This document shows, one piece after another, positions 35,831 through 50,022 of a stretch of DNA of 64,000 bases (positions within the stretch are counted from its first letter, which is position 1; every line of letters begins with the position of its first letter). Location: positions 90,832,001-90,896,000 of the forward strand of contig NC_045696.1 of assembly GCF_009834535.1 (NCBI RefSeq). The letters are read 5' to 3'. Under the pieces are notes generated by a model. The model made no database searches. It saw only the letters and a program-made list of their open reading frames with translations, and was not told the DNA's origin. This DNA comes from Camelus ferus (Eukaryota). A program made the translations under genes and the position numbers.

Positions 35831-37559
35831 TGAACAAGAGGTTCCAAACCCCGAGTTTCCAGAGCCAGTCTGAGAAGGGGTCCGAGGAAGGTTTCACTTT
35901 AAATTCAAGTAAGCCCCAACGTGTATGTCGTTTTGGTACAAACTCAATAATCGTAATATATAATTTTAAAATTACCCCCAATCGTCCCCCAAATTTTTCA
36001 GGGTGTTTTCAAAGCCTTCCCAGGCTATGAAATCCCTAACTGGGGAAACTGAATTAGAAGATACTATTAAAGATATCATTAGTGTTAAATATCCTGTAAT
36101 ACAGGAGGCCCAGTTAGATCGGAGGCCTTTGCTGGAAGCTGAACTGATAAATACCTATTTTGAGTTTTTCCCCAGCTTTATAACTTTTTAGATCTTCAGA
36201 TGGTAATACTTTAGCATAATGCAATGCTCAAATTTCGGAACTATTTTGATTTCTGAAAAACGCCTTTTTGGCTTCAGGGACCTGGGATCCTGTTTTTTTT
36301 TTTTTTTTTTTTTTTCACAAATCAGTTTACATCATAAATTACAAACATTTGCAATAAGATCTCAAGATTGTTTATTTTATGTAACCTCAAGCACTTGACT
36401 ATGTTAAACACCAGTACAGAAAGTCTGTGAAATCAGTTTAATGTGTGTGAGGGAATTAAAGGATCACTCCTTTTCATCACACAAACAAAACATTTAAGAT
36501 TGTTTTGATTGTCAGCCTCCCAATTTTTAAACAGTCTTACAATTGACTATTAATTTTAGTCATTCTGTGCAAAAATAATTACTAAAGTTATATCCTGCTT
36601 TAATTAAATGTTTCTGGGCAGAAAAAAATGATATTCTACATTGGGAAATGGGTGATTGTTTTTAATGTTATATTATTTTAAATTATTTTAGTTCAAATGT
36701 AAATAAATTCTGCTAATTCCAACACGGGGGCGGGGGGTAGAAAGGCCTGCAATGGTTTCTTAATGTGCTGTTAGAACAGTTAGTCAAAGTGCATTAAAGG
36801 AATGTCACAAACCCAGAAATAATAAATATGTCATTCTAATGAGAGTGTTAACTTATGGATAATTTATTCAAGGTAGTTTTTACATTTCACATGGAATCTC
36901 TTATTATGACCTGCCTGAGTACTGTGATGCTTGTTCTTCAAAATCTAATTTATATAGGCTTGGTATATACATAATTCATGACTCCTGTTGATATATGTAT
37001 ACGCACCCCGAATTTTAAACCTTTACAATATGTTTGCATGTTTACTAGCATGTTTTCAAGACAACTGGAATAAAAGTGTTAAACATTGAAAGTAAGTGCT
37101 TGCCCTATGTGTGAAGAAAAAGTAGCTGAGAATTAAAATTAAAAAGGATTAGATAATTTTCGAGATCAGATATAGAGTGAATACTGAAATATTTCATACA
37201 GGGAACATTCTTGTATAAGAAATACGAAAATCTCCAAGAAAGACTTACAGATGTGAGCTTATAACACTTCTGATGCCTAGGTAATCCTTTCATGTCTCTA
37301 ATTCATAAAACAAAAAATCCTCAAGTCTTGGGGTATTTTGTTTTGGGTATTTTATGTGTCAGTCAAGGTAACCATCGCATATGCCTTCAGTACAGGAAAA
37401 TTTAGTATTGTACTTACGTGAAGTTCTATCGGCATGAGGAAAGGTTTTAGAGTATAATCAAATAAATCACATAAGGAAGAGTAAACACACTTTCCCCCAC
37501 CTTGTTGAACAACTACTCACATATTCTGAGTAAAGATCTTTGTAGATTCTTACTCAGGC

Positions 37560-37800
37560 AGAATAGTGCAGAGTAAGTTAAGGGCATGTACTCTAATTCT
37601 TGGATTCAGACCTCACTGCTGCCATTTACCAGTCGAGTGATTTGGGATTAGTTAATCTCTCTGTGTCTCAGTTTCCTCATCTGTAAAATGGAGATAAAAA
37701 TAGTGTCTATTTTGTGGGAAAGCTAGGCGGATTAAATAAGTTAATATTTGTAAAGCCCTAAGAACAGTGTCTTTCACTTGTATATTAGCACTATATGATA
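37560..37800 (+). mobile_element. MIR SINE
   Basis: Core TTAATCTCTCTGTGTCTCAGTTTCCTCATCTGTAAAATGGAGATAA. Confidence 0.85.
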
Positions 37801-39782
37801 TTTATTTTAATACAAAGGCCAATAGGCATTAATCCTTGTAATAAAAACCTTAGAAGAAGAATATAACAAAGCCAAGTAGTTTGTAAGACAAGGAATAATA
37901 CTTTTCTGTTGTGGACAAGAGGAAAACATTACCTACTTGTTTGTGCTTCAAGCTAGTTGCTTAGCCTCTGTGAGCCTCATCTGGAAGATGTGGCAAAGGT
38001 CACAGTGTAGTTAAGGGACTTACCTGTAAGAGCAGTTTAGAAACTGCATAGCACCATATACATGACAGATAGTATTGTTACTCTGCCATATGTGGCTAAG
38101 AAGGTGAGATACCAGGCCTGGCACTTGCCCTCAAGGGGCTTACCATCATAGGAGGGATGGTTCATAAGTACACATGATAGTACTAGGGAGCATGTGCTAA
38201 ATGCACTTGCTAAAAGCATCCAGACACATTATATGCATCTGATTGGCCGTACAACACATGTGGGGGCCTGTTACTCTGTTTTTGGAAACAGAACCTTTCT
38301 TGGAAATGAGTAGCCTTATAAAGAGATGGTGGAGCGACACCCAGAGGTTAAGAAGCACACTTTGTTAGAATTAAATGCATGCCATATGTTGCTGTGGTTT
38401 GTGTTCCACATGACCATCTGCATTTTCTTTGGCTGTTCGTGTTTGTAGAGCATTAGCAGTAAAATGCTGAAAGATGCAAAGGCTGCTGACCCACGATCTT
38501 TAATAGAAACTTGAAAACACATATATTACAGAAGAAGGAATGTTTAATTACTATTATGAGGAACTGTAAAGTGAACAGTTCAGTCCTAATTACAGATGGA
38601 ATGTAGAGGGACTTCTTCCCAGTAGCTAAATTTAGATATATTACTGAGATTTGCCTCATATTTTGTATAATATCTACAAAGCACTGAGAACACTTTTTAC
38701 ACATTTTAATTTGGAAGCCAGTGATGTCGCTGTATATGACCAATCTTCAGAAGCAGATTTTTCTGAATTCAAACCTCAACTAGTTGTGAGATTTGATTAG
38801 TTGTGAAGTTTCAGGTAATTTCTTAGCTTCCTAGAGCATGTGTCCTCTTAGTGTCCTATAGACACTCTGTGCAGGTTGTTGTGGGGATCACAGAAGATGT
38901 GAAAAGTACCTGGCATACAGGAAGTTTCCACAAATGTACTTCTCTACTTTCACTATTTGCCTTTCAAATTATTGTCACATAGAGAGGATCTTGAATTTGC
39001 TTGTCTGTATAATTAGAAACAGTTTTGGAAAATAGTGGGAGGTGGTATGCAAATTTATTTCAATATGAATGTTGATTATCTGTGTCTACGTTGTGTGGCC
39101 TGGAGTTTGGAATAAAACTTTCTTCAAATCTTGCAAAGTTTTTTTTTTTTTACATGGAATTTTTGAGGGACTGTGACTTTAGAGCTGCCCCTTTGTATAG
39201 AGTAGACAGATTTCTCCCTGATAACTCAAGGTATTCTTAATGCAGAAGTTACCCAGAGTCCCTGACCTCCAGCCCTCTATATCCTGGAACATTGGTGTAC
39301 AAATTGAGACCTGGCATTGACTCTCTAGTCACTTTGATATTGGATTGATTGTCCTTCCATTTGCTTATTTATTGAATACATTTTTTAATGTTTCTGTACT
39401 AAGAAGAAAATAAACTACTACCCTTGAAAATGATTTAAAAAGTACATCAACCTAGCCAGACTTTCAGTGCTCATGCTACATCATGTGTTGTATTACGTTT
39501 ACTGACATTGGTGGCTCAAAATGTAATTACCTATCTTGTGGGCAATATGTTTATTTACTGAAATTCAGTCGTGTATCTTTTAAGGCTTATATCGTTTCCA
39601 TTAAAACTTAGTCTCTGCTGATGCTTGTTTGAAACGATCCAGTACTCTCCCTGGGGGAGTTTTAGTTCTAGGGCTCCTTATGTAACTTTTTAGACGGGCG
39701 AAATTAGGTGGAACTAGCCGTCAAAGGAAGGTTGGAAAGAGACAGACTGATCCTCCAGTTTGCCTTGGGAGTAATAAGGAAA

Positions 39783-40286
39783 TGTGATAAACAGAAGAAA
39801 GATACCCTCAAAGACATCCACATCCTAATCCCCGGAACCTGTAGATATGTTAGCTTATTTGGCAGAGGGGAGTTAGGTTGCAGTGGAATTAAGGGTGCTA
39901 ATCAGCTGACCTTAAAATAGAGAGTAACTGCAACTATTCAGGTGGGCCCACTGAATTAAAAGGGTCTTTGAAGGTGGAAGTGGGAGGCCAAAGAGGAGAC
40001 TTAGAGAGAGATGTGACTACAAAAGAATGGTCAGAGAGAAGCAATACTGTTGGCTCTGAAGACGGAAGAGCCAAAGAATGCTGGTGGCCTCTAGAAGCTG
40101 GAAAAGGCAAGACAAGGAATTTGCCCCAGAGCATCCAGAAGGAATGTAGCCCTGCCAACACCTTGGCTTTAGCCCAGTTAAACACATGTTGGACTTCTAA
40201 CCTACAGAATTGTGAGATAATCAATTGTGTTGTTTTAAGCCTCTGTGTTTGTGAATATGTTACAGTAGCAACAAGAAACTAATACA
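39783..40286 (+). mobile_element. Full-length solo MaLR LTR (MLT1D-like)
   Basis: TG...CA termini, 504 bp, perfect 5-bp TSD GGAAA; CCACATCCTAATCCCCGGAACCTGT and CTAGAAGCTGGAAAAGGCAAG motifs. Confidence 0.92.
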
Positions 40287-42719
40287 GGAAATTTCTGAGC
40301 TGTTTATATGTGTAAGAAGCTCTGGTCATTTTTAATGCCTGTGGGCCTTTTGAGTTTGTTCAGTAGCAAGAGTTTTTCAAAACTGAGGGCTGGGATACTT
40401 TGCTATTCCCTTAAGTATGATCTTACTCAAGTGTATAGACCTCCATGTGCCATTCAGCAGAGTTCCCCACAAATCTCTTTTGTTGTTATAAAATAAAGCC
40501 TATAGAGGGAATCTGCAAAATTATGTATATTCTTTTATAAAATGTAAGTCAGCAATTTCAATTCTTGTCTTATTTTATTATCCTTATTCTTATTTCTTCT
40601 TTGTTAGTCTTCTGCTTATTATTTACTTTTTAAAAAGCATTTACTGTAGAGAAAAGGACTGTTAGTTTCAAGCTCTGAAGTTCTTTGCTAATGCACTGAA
40701 AGGGGACAGCCTGAGCAATTTGAGCTTGTCTGTCAAGTTGGTCAAGGTAGAGAGTAATGTGGTCTGAGGTTCCCAGAGCCCATTGGACCTTTGACCTTTT
40801 CTGTTGAGACTATTGATCTAGGTTAATAGTCAGCACCAGTTGTGCCGTTGGAGTTGTGTGCCTGTGTGTGTGATTCCTCACTGAGTACAAATAAGGCTCT
40901 GACTAACTCAGAGAGTAATTGATCCTTTTTGTAGTTTTCCAAGATCAGGGTAAGGAATTAGAATAGATGGGTACTGACAGACAAGGGGAAGATTCATTTC
41001 TGGAATGTTTGTGGTTGTATCAGCAGCAAAGCAGTGGATCTGGGCACAGAACTGGTTCTGTCTTTGATGCCATGAACTGTGCTCACCAGAGGGCTGCCCA
41101 TGGAATCAGGTGGATTAGGAAATGCTGGATAACATAATTTCTGAGGCTAGTGGAGCACTGAGGTGGGTTTAGCCTTGTTCCACCACCTACTCTAAACTCC
41201 TCTGTCCCCACCACCCTCAAATTTATCACCCCGCCTAATTGGGTGCAGAATGAGACAGGTCAGTGGGCTGAATACATGAGGAAGCTTGGTTATGGTCTTT
41301 GACTGACTGAAATGTAGGCTGCAGAACAGGGGAGAAAATTCTCTCAAATACTGTCATTTCCTATGACCCTCTCTTCACTAGCTCTTCACTACTCAGGGGA
41401 GAAATTTTCTTTTTTACCTACTCTATAAAAAACACTCATGTTTTCATGTTGAGCACCTTCCCATTTCTCTTCCAGGTGATCCTCTGTCCTCCCCCTCTCT
41501 TCCAAGATACTCATTCCAGAAGCCTAGTTGCACATAACTCATTTATTCATTCACTCAGCAGACATTTACTAAATACCTACCTAGTGCTTTGGATTCTTTT
41601 CCCCTTTCTACTTTAACCTGTCAGACTATCCTTTTCTGCTTTCTCCTTGGAGTCTGACACTGTTGGAGGCAGTGATGGTTGAAAGAGAGGGAAGGGTATG
41701 GTTGGCATGGGATGGGGGTGGGAGGTAGGCAAGTTGTAAATGCAGAAAGACTCAAGAAAAGAAGATGAGTAAGTGGGCTAAATTTAGGAGACTCTTACTC
41801 ACCAAATCTTGTGATGTGCAAATTTATGCTGCAACAGATACTTAATGAAGAATAATCCCAGGAATGATTTGGGTTGCTTCTGTTTGCTTCATAGAAAATA
41901 TTCATTTGTCACATCCCAGTAAAACTTTTAAAAATGTAGAACTAAATCATTTCACAAATATTTTTTAAATCTTCAAGAGAGAAGACAAATCATAGGAAAT
42001 CAAGTTCAAAGTATTTAATAAACATTTGAGCATCTACTCCAGGCCTGGCCCTAATTGTCAGTGAGAGATAGGAAGGAAGATAAAGATGGTTAAAATAAAA
42101 AGATAAAGGTGGGTCATCTTGGAAATGTCTGTAAAGCTTGAAGCAGGAAACTGTACTTTTGCATTGGGAGGTGGGCAGTACCTGATGTAAGGACACCTCC
42201 TCCTGGGGTGTGCATTCAGGAGATGCACTGACTGAGACCTAGTTTCCTTCTTAAAAAGACAAATAATTCTGAGCAGTACTCAAATATTCTTTCCTAAGTT
42301 ATCTCTTAGTACTAATAATTCTATACTATATATGAGGGAAATTGTTGACCTTTAATCTATTCACAGCTTTTCGTTACCTTTTCTTACTTTTCTTCCTTCT
42401 GCTTTTGCTTTTTTCCCCCTAGCTTATATAAATCTTTTACTAATGCCCTTGAAATATATCCAAATCTTAACATTTTCTTTTCCCATTTATCTCCACTGAA
42501 TTTGCACTTCTTTATATGTGTAATTATGAATACCATACCTTTACCTTCCTATATTTACTTTTAATTCTTATCTGTTAGGATTCACTTATATTGTTGAAGT
42601 CGCTGTAATTCATTTGACTGCTGTATAATAGTCTATGGAGTGCATATACCAATTTATACATCTATTCTCACAGTGTTGGACGTCTGAGTTGTTTCTAGGT
42701 TTATATAAAATGTACTTCA

Positions 42720-43560
42720 AGTGATGAGGCCGGGTGTAATTACCAAAAACTAGAGAGAAGAGAAGTAGAGAGAAGAGAATCTAGGACTGCATCCTGTAGT
42801 ATTCCATTACTAACAGGTTGGGGAAAAGAGTGGAAATCAGTGAAAGGAGGGTGAGAAGGAACTACCAATACTAGATGGGAAGAAAACCAAGAGAGCACAG
42901 TGTCCTGGAAGCCAAGTGAAAAAGGGCATCAAGGAGGAGGGAGTGAGGGCTGAAAACTGATCATTGAGAACTGACCATAGTACAGATCTTCAGGGACCTT
43001 GATAAGGCAGTGGTGGAGGCCAAAGCCTGAGTAGAGTGGGATGCAAAACCCTCTAACTGCTCTCAGAGATTCTAGTCTCTTTCTCCTCAAGTCCATCCTT
43101 CATGTCACAGCCCCTAATTTTCTTTGTAAAAGCACAGGTCAGGTCATGTGACTCCTCAGATTATTTTTCTTCTGCCTGAAGAATTAAGTTCAAACTCTTC
43201 AAGGTGACATTTAATCTGACTTTTTACTATTTTTTCCCCGTCTCTTCTTCGGAGGCTGCTCCACCACCTACCCTGTGCTCCCATTGGAGCTACCACCAGT
43301 TCCTGAATATTGTACCGTTGTCAAATATCTGTTGCTGCTGGAATGCCCTTCCCCAGATCCCCTTTGTGCTTTCACAGAATTCTGAGCCTGCATCTACCAG
43401 AGCTTCATTACACCATAATGTAATTATTTATGTGATTGTCTTCTCCACCAGAATGTGAGTGCCTTGAGGGCAAAGATCATTACTTAGTTTTTGTAGCCTC
43501 TCCACAGTTAAATTGTGGAGACAAACATATAGCAGATTTTCATTAAGTGTTGGTGAAATA
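42720..43560. mobile_element. L2 LINE fragments in both orientations
   Basis: GTGTCCTGGAAGCCAAGTGAA...AAGGAGGAGGGAGTGA (one orientation) and CTGGAATGCCCTTCCCC...TGTGAGTGCCTTGAGGGCAAAGA (other). Confidence 0.7.
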
Positions 43561-43769
43561 AATAAGCCTGTGAAAAAATATGTGTATGGTATATTCTTTT
43601 AGATAATTTTAGTGGAAACATATCTTAGTTCTCTGAGGGTGGATTTAATTTTTAGAACTAGCCTAAGGCTGTTTGGCATTAAGTCTGATGAAGAAGCTGG
43701 GAAATATAAATTTTTATTACAAATGAAGTGTAGGAAAAAATTAAGCATGGCTGTTTTGGGATGACACAT

Positions 43770-43999
43770 TTTCTTATATGTCTCATAAAGTGCACTAAAA
43801 TTTACTGGCACTGGTTTCTTAAGGCGATTTCACAGATGAATTTCCGAAAACGTTTTGAACAGTGACAGTATTCCTGGACTAAGTGTTTAGTTTCTCAGGG
43901 TGACTACTTTGAAGGACAAAATTTACTTGGATCTGTAAGTTCTGATGTCTGTGTTTTAAAAAAAAAATGATCAGTAGCATTCTTTTATAGTCACATCTT
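43770..43999 (+). mobile_element. Mariner-type relic (MARNA-like)
   Basis: CAGGGTGACTACTTTGAAGG and terminal CTTTTATAGTCACATCT. Confidence 0.5.
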
Positions 44000-44019
44000 A
44001 TTTTCTGGAGTGAATTTTT

Positions 44020-44480
44020 ACAAGCCAAATTTCACATTGTCTCCTGTGTGTTTAACTCTTTTCTTTGTAACTCTATTATTTTCAATTCTTTCTTTTGTAG
44101 GCATCATCCTTCAATGCAGCAGCATTTGAAACTTCTATTAAAATTGTTCACTTGAAAAAAAAACTATTCATAAGACCATTAACTATGACCAGATTTAACA
44201 CCAATTCCAGTGGCTGATCTCTACCCCAAAAGGATATACAACCATTTGTTATGATCTTTTGTTTACTGATTTTCAAGCAGTTTTCAATCTGTGTGACACT
44301 GATCAGATCCAAGCCAATTTGGATTAATTTCTCAAGTCACTTTTCATGAAGCAGTGCATCAAATGCTTTACCAAGTCCAAATGTGTAACATCTGCTCTCC
44401 TTTTCCTGATAATTTTACAGTTCTCTCAAGAAGTCAACTACTTTATCAACCACGGAATGTGTTTTATGTCTCCATTACTA
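44020..44480 (-). mobile_element. Ancient CR1/L3 LINE reverse-transcriptase fragment
   Basis: Reverse of 44358-44392 reads DVTHLD(fs)GKAFD, resembling the CR1 DVIYLDFSKAFD motif. Confidence 0.55.
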
Positions 44481-47400
44481 TTGCCCACGATTCTGTCACC
44501 TTTTAGAATTTCGTCTCTCAACTTTATTTGCCAAGTCTTGATAAAATACTTATTAGTTAGACATCTGATGCAATTATTCTTCTGGTGGTAACACTTTGTA
44601 ACTCTAGTTTCACTTGGATTAGATCTATATATGATCTTTTCAGTTACTATTTAAAAGATGCAAGCAATAAAATATGTTAGTCATTTTTGTTCGTATCCTG
44701 GGAGAGATGTTATTCAGACATGCTGATTGGTATATGTTTTGAGGTTTGAAGTATTCACTTACCCGCTCTTTGTCATTAGCTATTTTTTTCTAGGTGCATT
44801 TTGTAGTTCCCCATCTTTACCTTATGTTAAATGGATATTATGCTTGCAACAGCATGCCTTACAGAATAGTAAAATGTCTGCGCATCTACAGTAAGTTGAC
44901 TCATGTAGCCTTTGAATACAAATTGAAGTTTTTGATGCTTCTGTCATCTCATTGATGTAGGTGAGCTGTGCTCAGTAACATTTGCTTTCAAGGGCTTGGG
45001 CGTAATTGCTATGTACATAAACTGAGAAAAGTTTGCTTTATAATTAATTTTTCAAGCAAATTCAAGAAGATTCCATGTAAATAATGCATTTTTTATGAGT
45101 TAGGCCCTGAAGTCATTGTGTTTACTGATAGAGTTCAGTTAATTGAATAAATATGAAGAACCTGTATTTAGAGTACCCTTGCACTGGTTAAAATGTAGTG
45201 TTACAGATATTTTATTAACTTTCACATTTAAGTTATTGAATTAAGAAACTATATAAGAATATAATGAACATATTTGATAGAGTCACATAAATTAAAGCAC
45301 TGGTTATGATTTATCAAGAATTACTCAAGTATTAATTGACAACTAGAACACTGTTTTTGACATTCTTAAATTTCCTTTGGTTAATCTTATATACATTATA
45401 GATTAGTCAGTTTCTCCCTCTTTATATAAAATATTTAGCTTTTGAAGTGTTTTGACAGATGGTAAACTTCAATAAGAAGGCAGACCTTTTCAGTTTTGAG
45501 AAATGTAAATATATCATTCTGTAAGAAATTCCAAAATGTTGGCTATGGGACAATGGAAACCACATGTAGTTTTTCTCCAAATTTCAATATACAAGTAACT
45601 GCTTTCAACACATCTTTTCTGTCTCCAGTTTTAATATTAACTACTTGATTAAATGTTAAACAGAGCAAAGGCCATTTTTATCGGGTGTCACTAATATTCA
45701 TATTGTGTCCAAAGGATGAAAACTTTTTAGTTCTGAGTATTTACCACCCTTTTGTGGTTTAGTGATAATTAACTAGTATTGGAAATACCAGCCATTTATT
45801 TGAGATTCAAGAGTTGGGGATTCATTGGCTAAATAAAGCTATGGTGTTTTGTTTTGTTTTTAAATACTAAATGGCAACTTTGCATTCTTTCTGTTAGAGC
45901 CACAATTTAGAATATCACTTTTGGAAATAAATAGTGCTTCTTCTAAAATCAAGATTGGAATTTTTCACTTTCAATGTTATATTTATAGATATTATAAATG
46001 TTCTGTCCATTAAATTAAGACAATCCACCAATGACCATAGTATTTGTATTTCTATAAATGAAAGATATCCCCAACATTTTAAATGGGGGTGGGAGGAGTT
46101 CACATTTATATGGAACATGCATTTCTAAGTTTAAATTTTAATTTCACCTAAAAGGTAAATCTGAATCTAGGAAGCTTTTTCTAAGGATAAATGATTTAAA
46201 GTTAGTAGGACATATTTTATAAATGAATGTATGTGCCTTGGAATCAATGATTCTAAGTCAAGATATGGTATTATGTCAGAGGTCAAACAGAGAGACTCAG
46301 AGAGTAAACATATTTAGTATTTGCTTTCTTTGTATAAATATTTAAAGTGATGCATCAATATATACAAACGAGGAAGAGTGCATTATTCTTTGTGTATAAG
46401 TAAAATCAGAAGTCTGTATTTTGCTTTTTATAAAAATATAGCAACTCTTTTTCTCCAGATGCCAATCATAACATGAAAGTTTTTTTAACAGTCAATTTTC
46501 TGCATAGTTCTAAGTTTCTCAGTTTATGTCAATACATTTCTGTTGTTATTTATAGACATTCATATATGTTTACAATTTTTTATTTCTGCTAAATTTATGT
46601 ATTATTTACGTAAACATGGAAATAGTATTAAATCAATGCATTTCCTTTTGTGTTTCTGAGATTTTAGAATTTTCCCCTCATTAATTATGAGCTAAAGTAC
46701 ATTAAAAGATGCATTATACAAGCATTGTGAACAGATGTGTTCAAAGAGAAGGCTGAATATGAGGTAAGAGCTTTCTGGTTTTTAAATAGAAAATAAGTGA
46801 AAATTTGTGTCACAAAAATGTTTGCATCTTTATAATATAAAACATGGGTTATATCAAGATAAAATAATATCTAAGTTTGTAATTTTTTTTTAACATCACA
46901 GGATTCTTTCTAGATGCTAGATGAGCAAGAACTCTTAATTCCTTCCCCGGGCAAATTCATCCACTGTTAGATTATTCTCAATCAAGATTTTTTTTAGGAT
47001 TCAGACTAAATATATCCTATTTTTGACATTAGTCTATTACTATTTATATCAATACTCTCATACAACATGAGTGATTCATTTCCCTCTTCTGTTCTTACTG
47101 CTTTCAGCTATTTGTCTGTGGGGCAGGGAGGGAGGGGGAGTAGGACTGTGCTGTGAAGTGAGGATGGTATTTTTGTGTTTTGACCAGAGTCATTTGGAAC
47201 TTTTTGCTTTCATGCTTTTTAAAGTATAGGTTTTGTCAAGATGTCAGCTCCAGTCACATGGATGAAGAAAGCAGCTTGTAAGTGACTGAAATTTTACTCT
47301 TACTAGATATTTTGTAAGATGTATGTTGCTGCAAAAGGTTAGGTGATATCTGTGTTAGAAGACTCAGGGTGTTGATTAAATCTAAGAAATATATTTTCAA

Positions 47401-48611
47401 ATATAATAGGCAAAGTAAAAATAAGAGTGCATTTTGGGCTTCCTTGTGCCTTTAAAAAAATAGACTCACATACATGGTTATTGTTTACTGATTGCCCTAC
47501 TGATATTCATGGCATTAATTTGTTTTATATGTTGTAAAATTTCTAGTTATTTGGTTTTAAACTAGTAACTTTGAGAATAATTTTTCTCTCCATCCTAGGT
47601 ATCTGAATTGAGCTTGGTGAAATAAAGGGAAACGAAAATCTCTCTTCCTCTCTGTAGAGTTCTGATTTCTTTTATTATGTCTACATAGTTGTTTTAAAAA
47701 TAAAACTTTTCTTCAGTACCTTCAGAGGGTAGGGACAGGAAAAATAAAGGAAGTGTCTTCTTGTGCACCCCCTTTAATTTAATAATAATTAATCTTTGAG
47801 AGAATGTATGACTGGAGCAAAATATCTTAATTTGCAATTTAGGAGCCCCTGAGGCTGGGGAGAAAGTGGGTGGGTCATGTGAAGGTTCCCAGGACAAGGT
47901 GGAAGTCATGTTCATTGATCATCCATTCTCAGCCTTGCTGACCCTCTCCTCCTTAGGTCACCTATATGGGTACAAGAACAGGAGAGCAAATGGACAGAGG
48001 GCAATACCTAAGAAAGAGAACCGCACAACACTATTTAGAAAATCATGGGAAACATTTGTAGAATGAACCCGCAGGTAGCCTGTTCATATAGGACAGAGTG
48101 GGGTACCGTGCACATTCCTAGATTTAGTAAATAATGTTTGTTACTTTTGCATGTCGATTTTAGGTTTTTCTCTGTGGTATGTGGTACTAAAGTGGAGTAA
48201 ATGTATAAAGTCAAAGTATTTTGTTTCCATTTTAATCAAGTCTTTGAAGTCTGTAAATTAGTACCCAGTTGCTTATTTTGTATGCTTGTGGTATTTCCAT
48301 GTTCTCCTAATATGGTACTGAATCAGAATATAGATTAGATTGTTTCAAATTTCTGAAAGAATTGAATGACTTTCTCGTAATCTCAAATTGTAAAGCAAGT
48401 TTTAAAACTTTACAAATATTGAAATTAAATTAGTTTTCCTAAGATTTTTACAGATATTATCTTTCATTTAAATACACCTGAGATGACTATAGTCTATTCA
48501 GTTCTAGAAAACTTAGGGTTGATTGAAAAAGTAATTTCTTTGAAGTATATAGCTCATAATCAATCACTTCATTAGTTGTAAGCTTTTAAGGATCTCTCCA
48601 ATTATCAACTT

Positions 48612-48745
48612 GTTTTTTGTTTTTATTGAAGTATAGTTGACTTATTATATTAGTTTCAGGTGTACAACATATTATAATATTATTAATTATATTCCCTGTG
48701 CTGTATGTACATTACCTCCCTGTGACATTTATTTTATAACAGGTA
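48612..48745 (-). mobile_element. Short L1 3' end
   Basis: T-rich tail then TTTATTGAAGTATAGTTGACTTA...TTTCAGGTGTACAACAT. Confidence 0.7.
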
Positions 48746-50022
48746 CCTATTTCCATTTGCAGTTGAGTTACACTTCTTTCACTGAACAATCAGCAATGCA
48801 AAATATATGTATTTGCAGTGATATAGAAAAAGTTATATACGTGCTTATATGTGTATAGGTGCATATGAAAACATGAGATAAATTTATTTGAAAGAAATCC
48901 TATTAACTCAAGCTAAGTTCCTGACCCTGCTCCTCACCATGTCATGTTCAGGCGTTTCCAAGGGTAATTAGCAAGGGTGAGACCTCCTACAACTGAAGAC
49001 TGAATGGGCCTCCATTATTAATCTGCAGAAATAGGAAATGACAGAGCTGTAGGTTTACCCAAAGGGAGGAGTGGCTCCAGATGTTTAGGAGCCTATGACT
49101 CGAACTCAAATGGCTCCCCTACAGTCTGACCAAATCACTTTGCTCTTACTTTTGTCCTGAAACTTAAGCTTGGAATATTCACATACTTTACAGAAGTACA
49201 GTGGGAAATAAGTGACGGAGCTGGTGGGTAGCATGTATGAAGCACTCTCACTTCCAGAGGTGTCATGTACCATCCTTTTCTGAAGAGTTCTGAATGTATC
49301 AGCTACTTGGATTTTGATGATCATTTGTAACACTCCTGAAAGAAGGGGACATTGTTTAGGTGTCTCAGGGAAATTATCCAGAGATAATTACTGGTCAAAA
49401 TGTTGAGATAGTTTTGAGATATGCTAAAAATGGCTAGTTAATAATATTAATAACAGTTTTCTACATACTTGTCAATGTAAAGATACTCATAAAATATTAT
49501 GTGTACCTATACTGATGATTGAAAATATGTTTTTTTAACTCCATAACATCATGTGGACATAATTCTATGTCAATAAATATAGATCTAATACCACAATTTT
49601 TTGCTGACTGTATTATATTCTATTATACATAGATCTTACTTAAAATATTTATTGTTAAATACTTATTACCAATTTTTTCTCTTATAAGCAGTGCTATAAT
49701 AGATATTTTTATAACTAAATATATGGATACACTTTTGATTAGTGTCTTATGCCAGATCCCATAAGTTGTGCTGTTGGATCAAAAGTTTTGCTTGTTTGTA
49801 CTCCTATCAGCTATGTATGAGAGAGTCTTTTTCCCTACAGATCTTACCAACATTGAATGTTATAATTTAATATATGTATTTATTTGAAAAAGCATCTTAT
49901 TTCTGTTTTATTTTATATTCCTTTACTTTCTAGTGAGAATCAGTATTTCCCAAATTCTTTTAGCTGTTTATTATTCTTCTCTTGAATGAATTGCCAATTT
50001 GTGTCATTTGACAATTTTTAAC

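Noticed and set aside
34602..35981. ORFs of 110-194 aa in the downstream CpG island
   Set aside because: Arg/Gly/Pro/Ala-rich, stop-poor GC sequence with no recognisable domain
39968..40282. 104-aa ORF and its antisense 96-aa ORF
   Set aside because: Entirely within an MLT1 LTR
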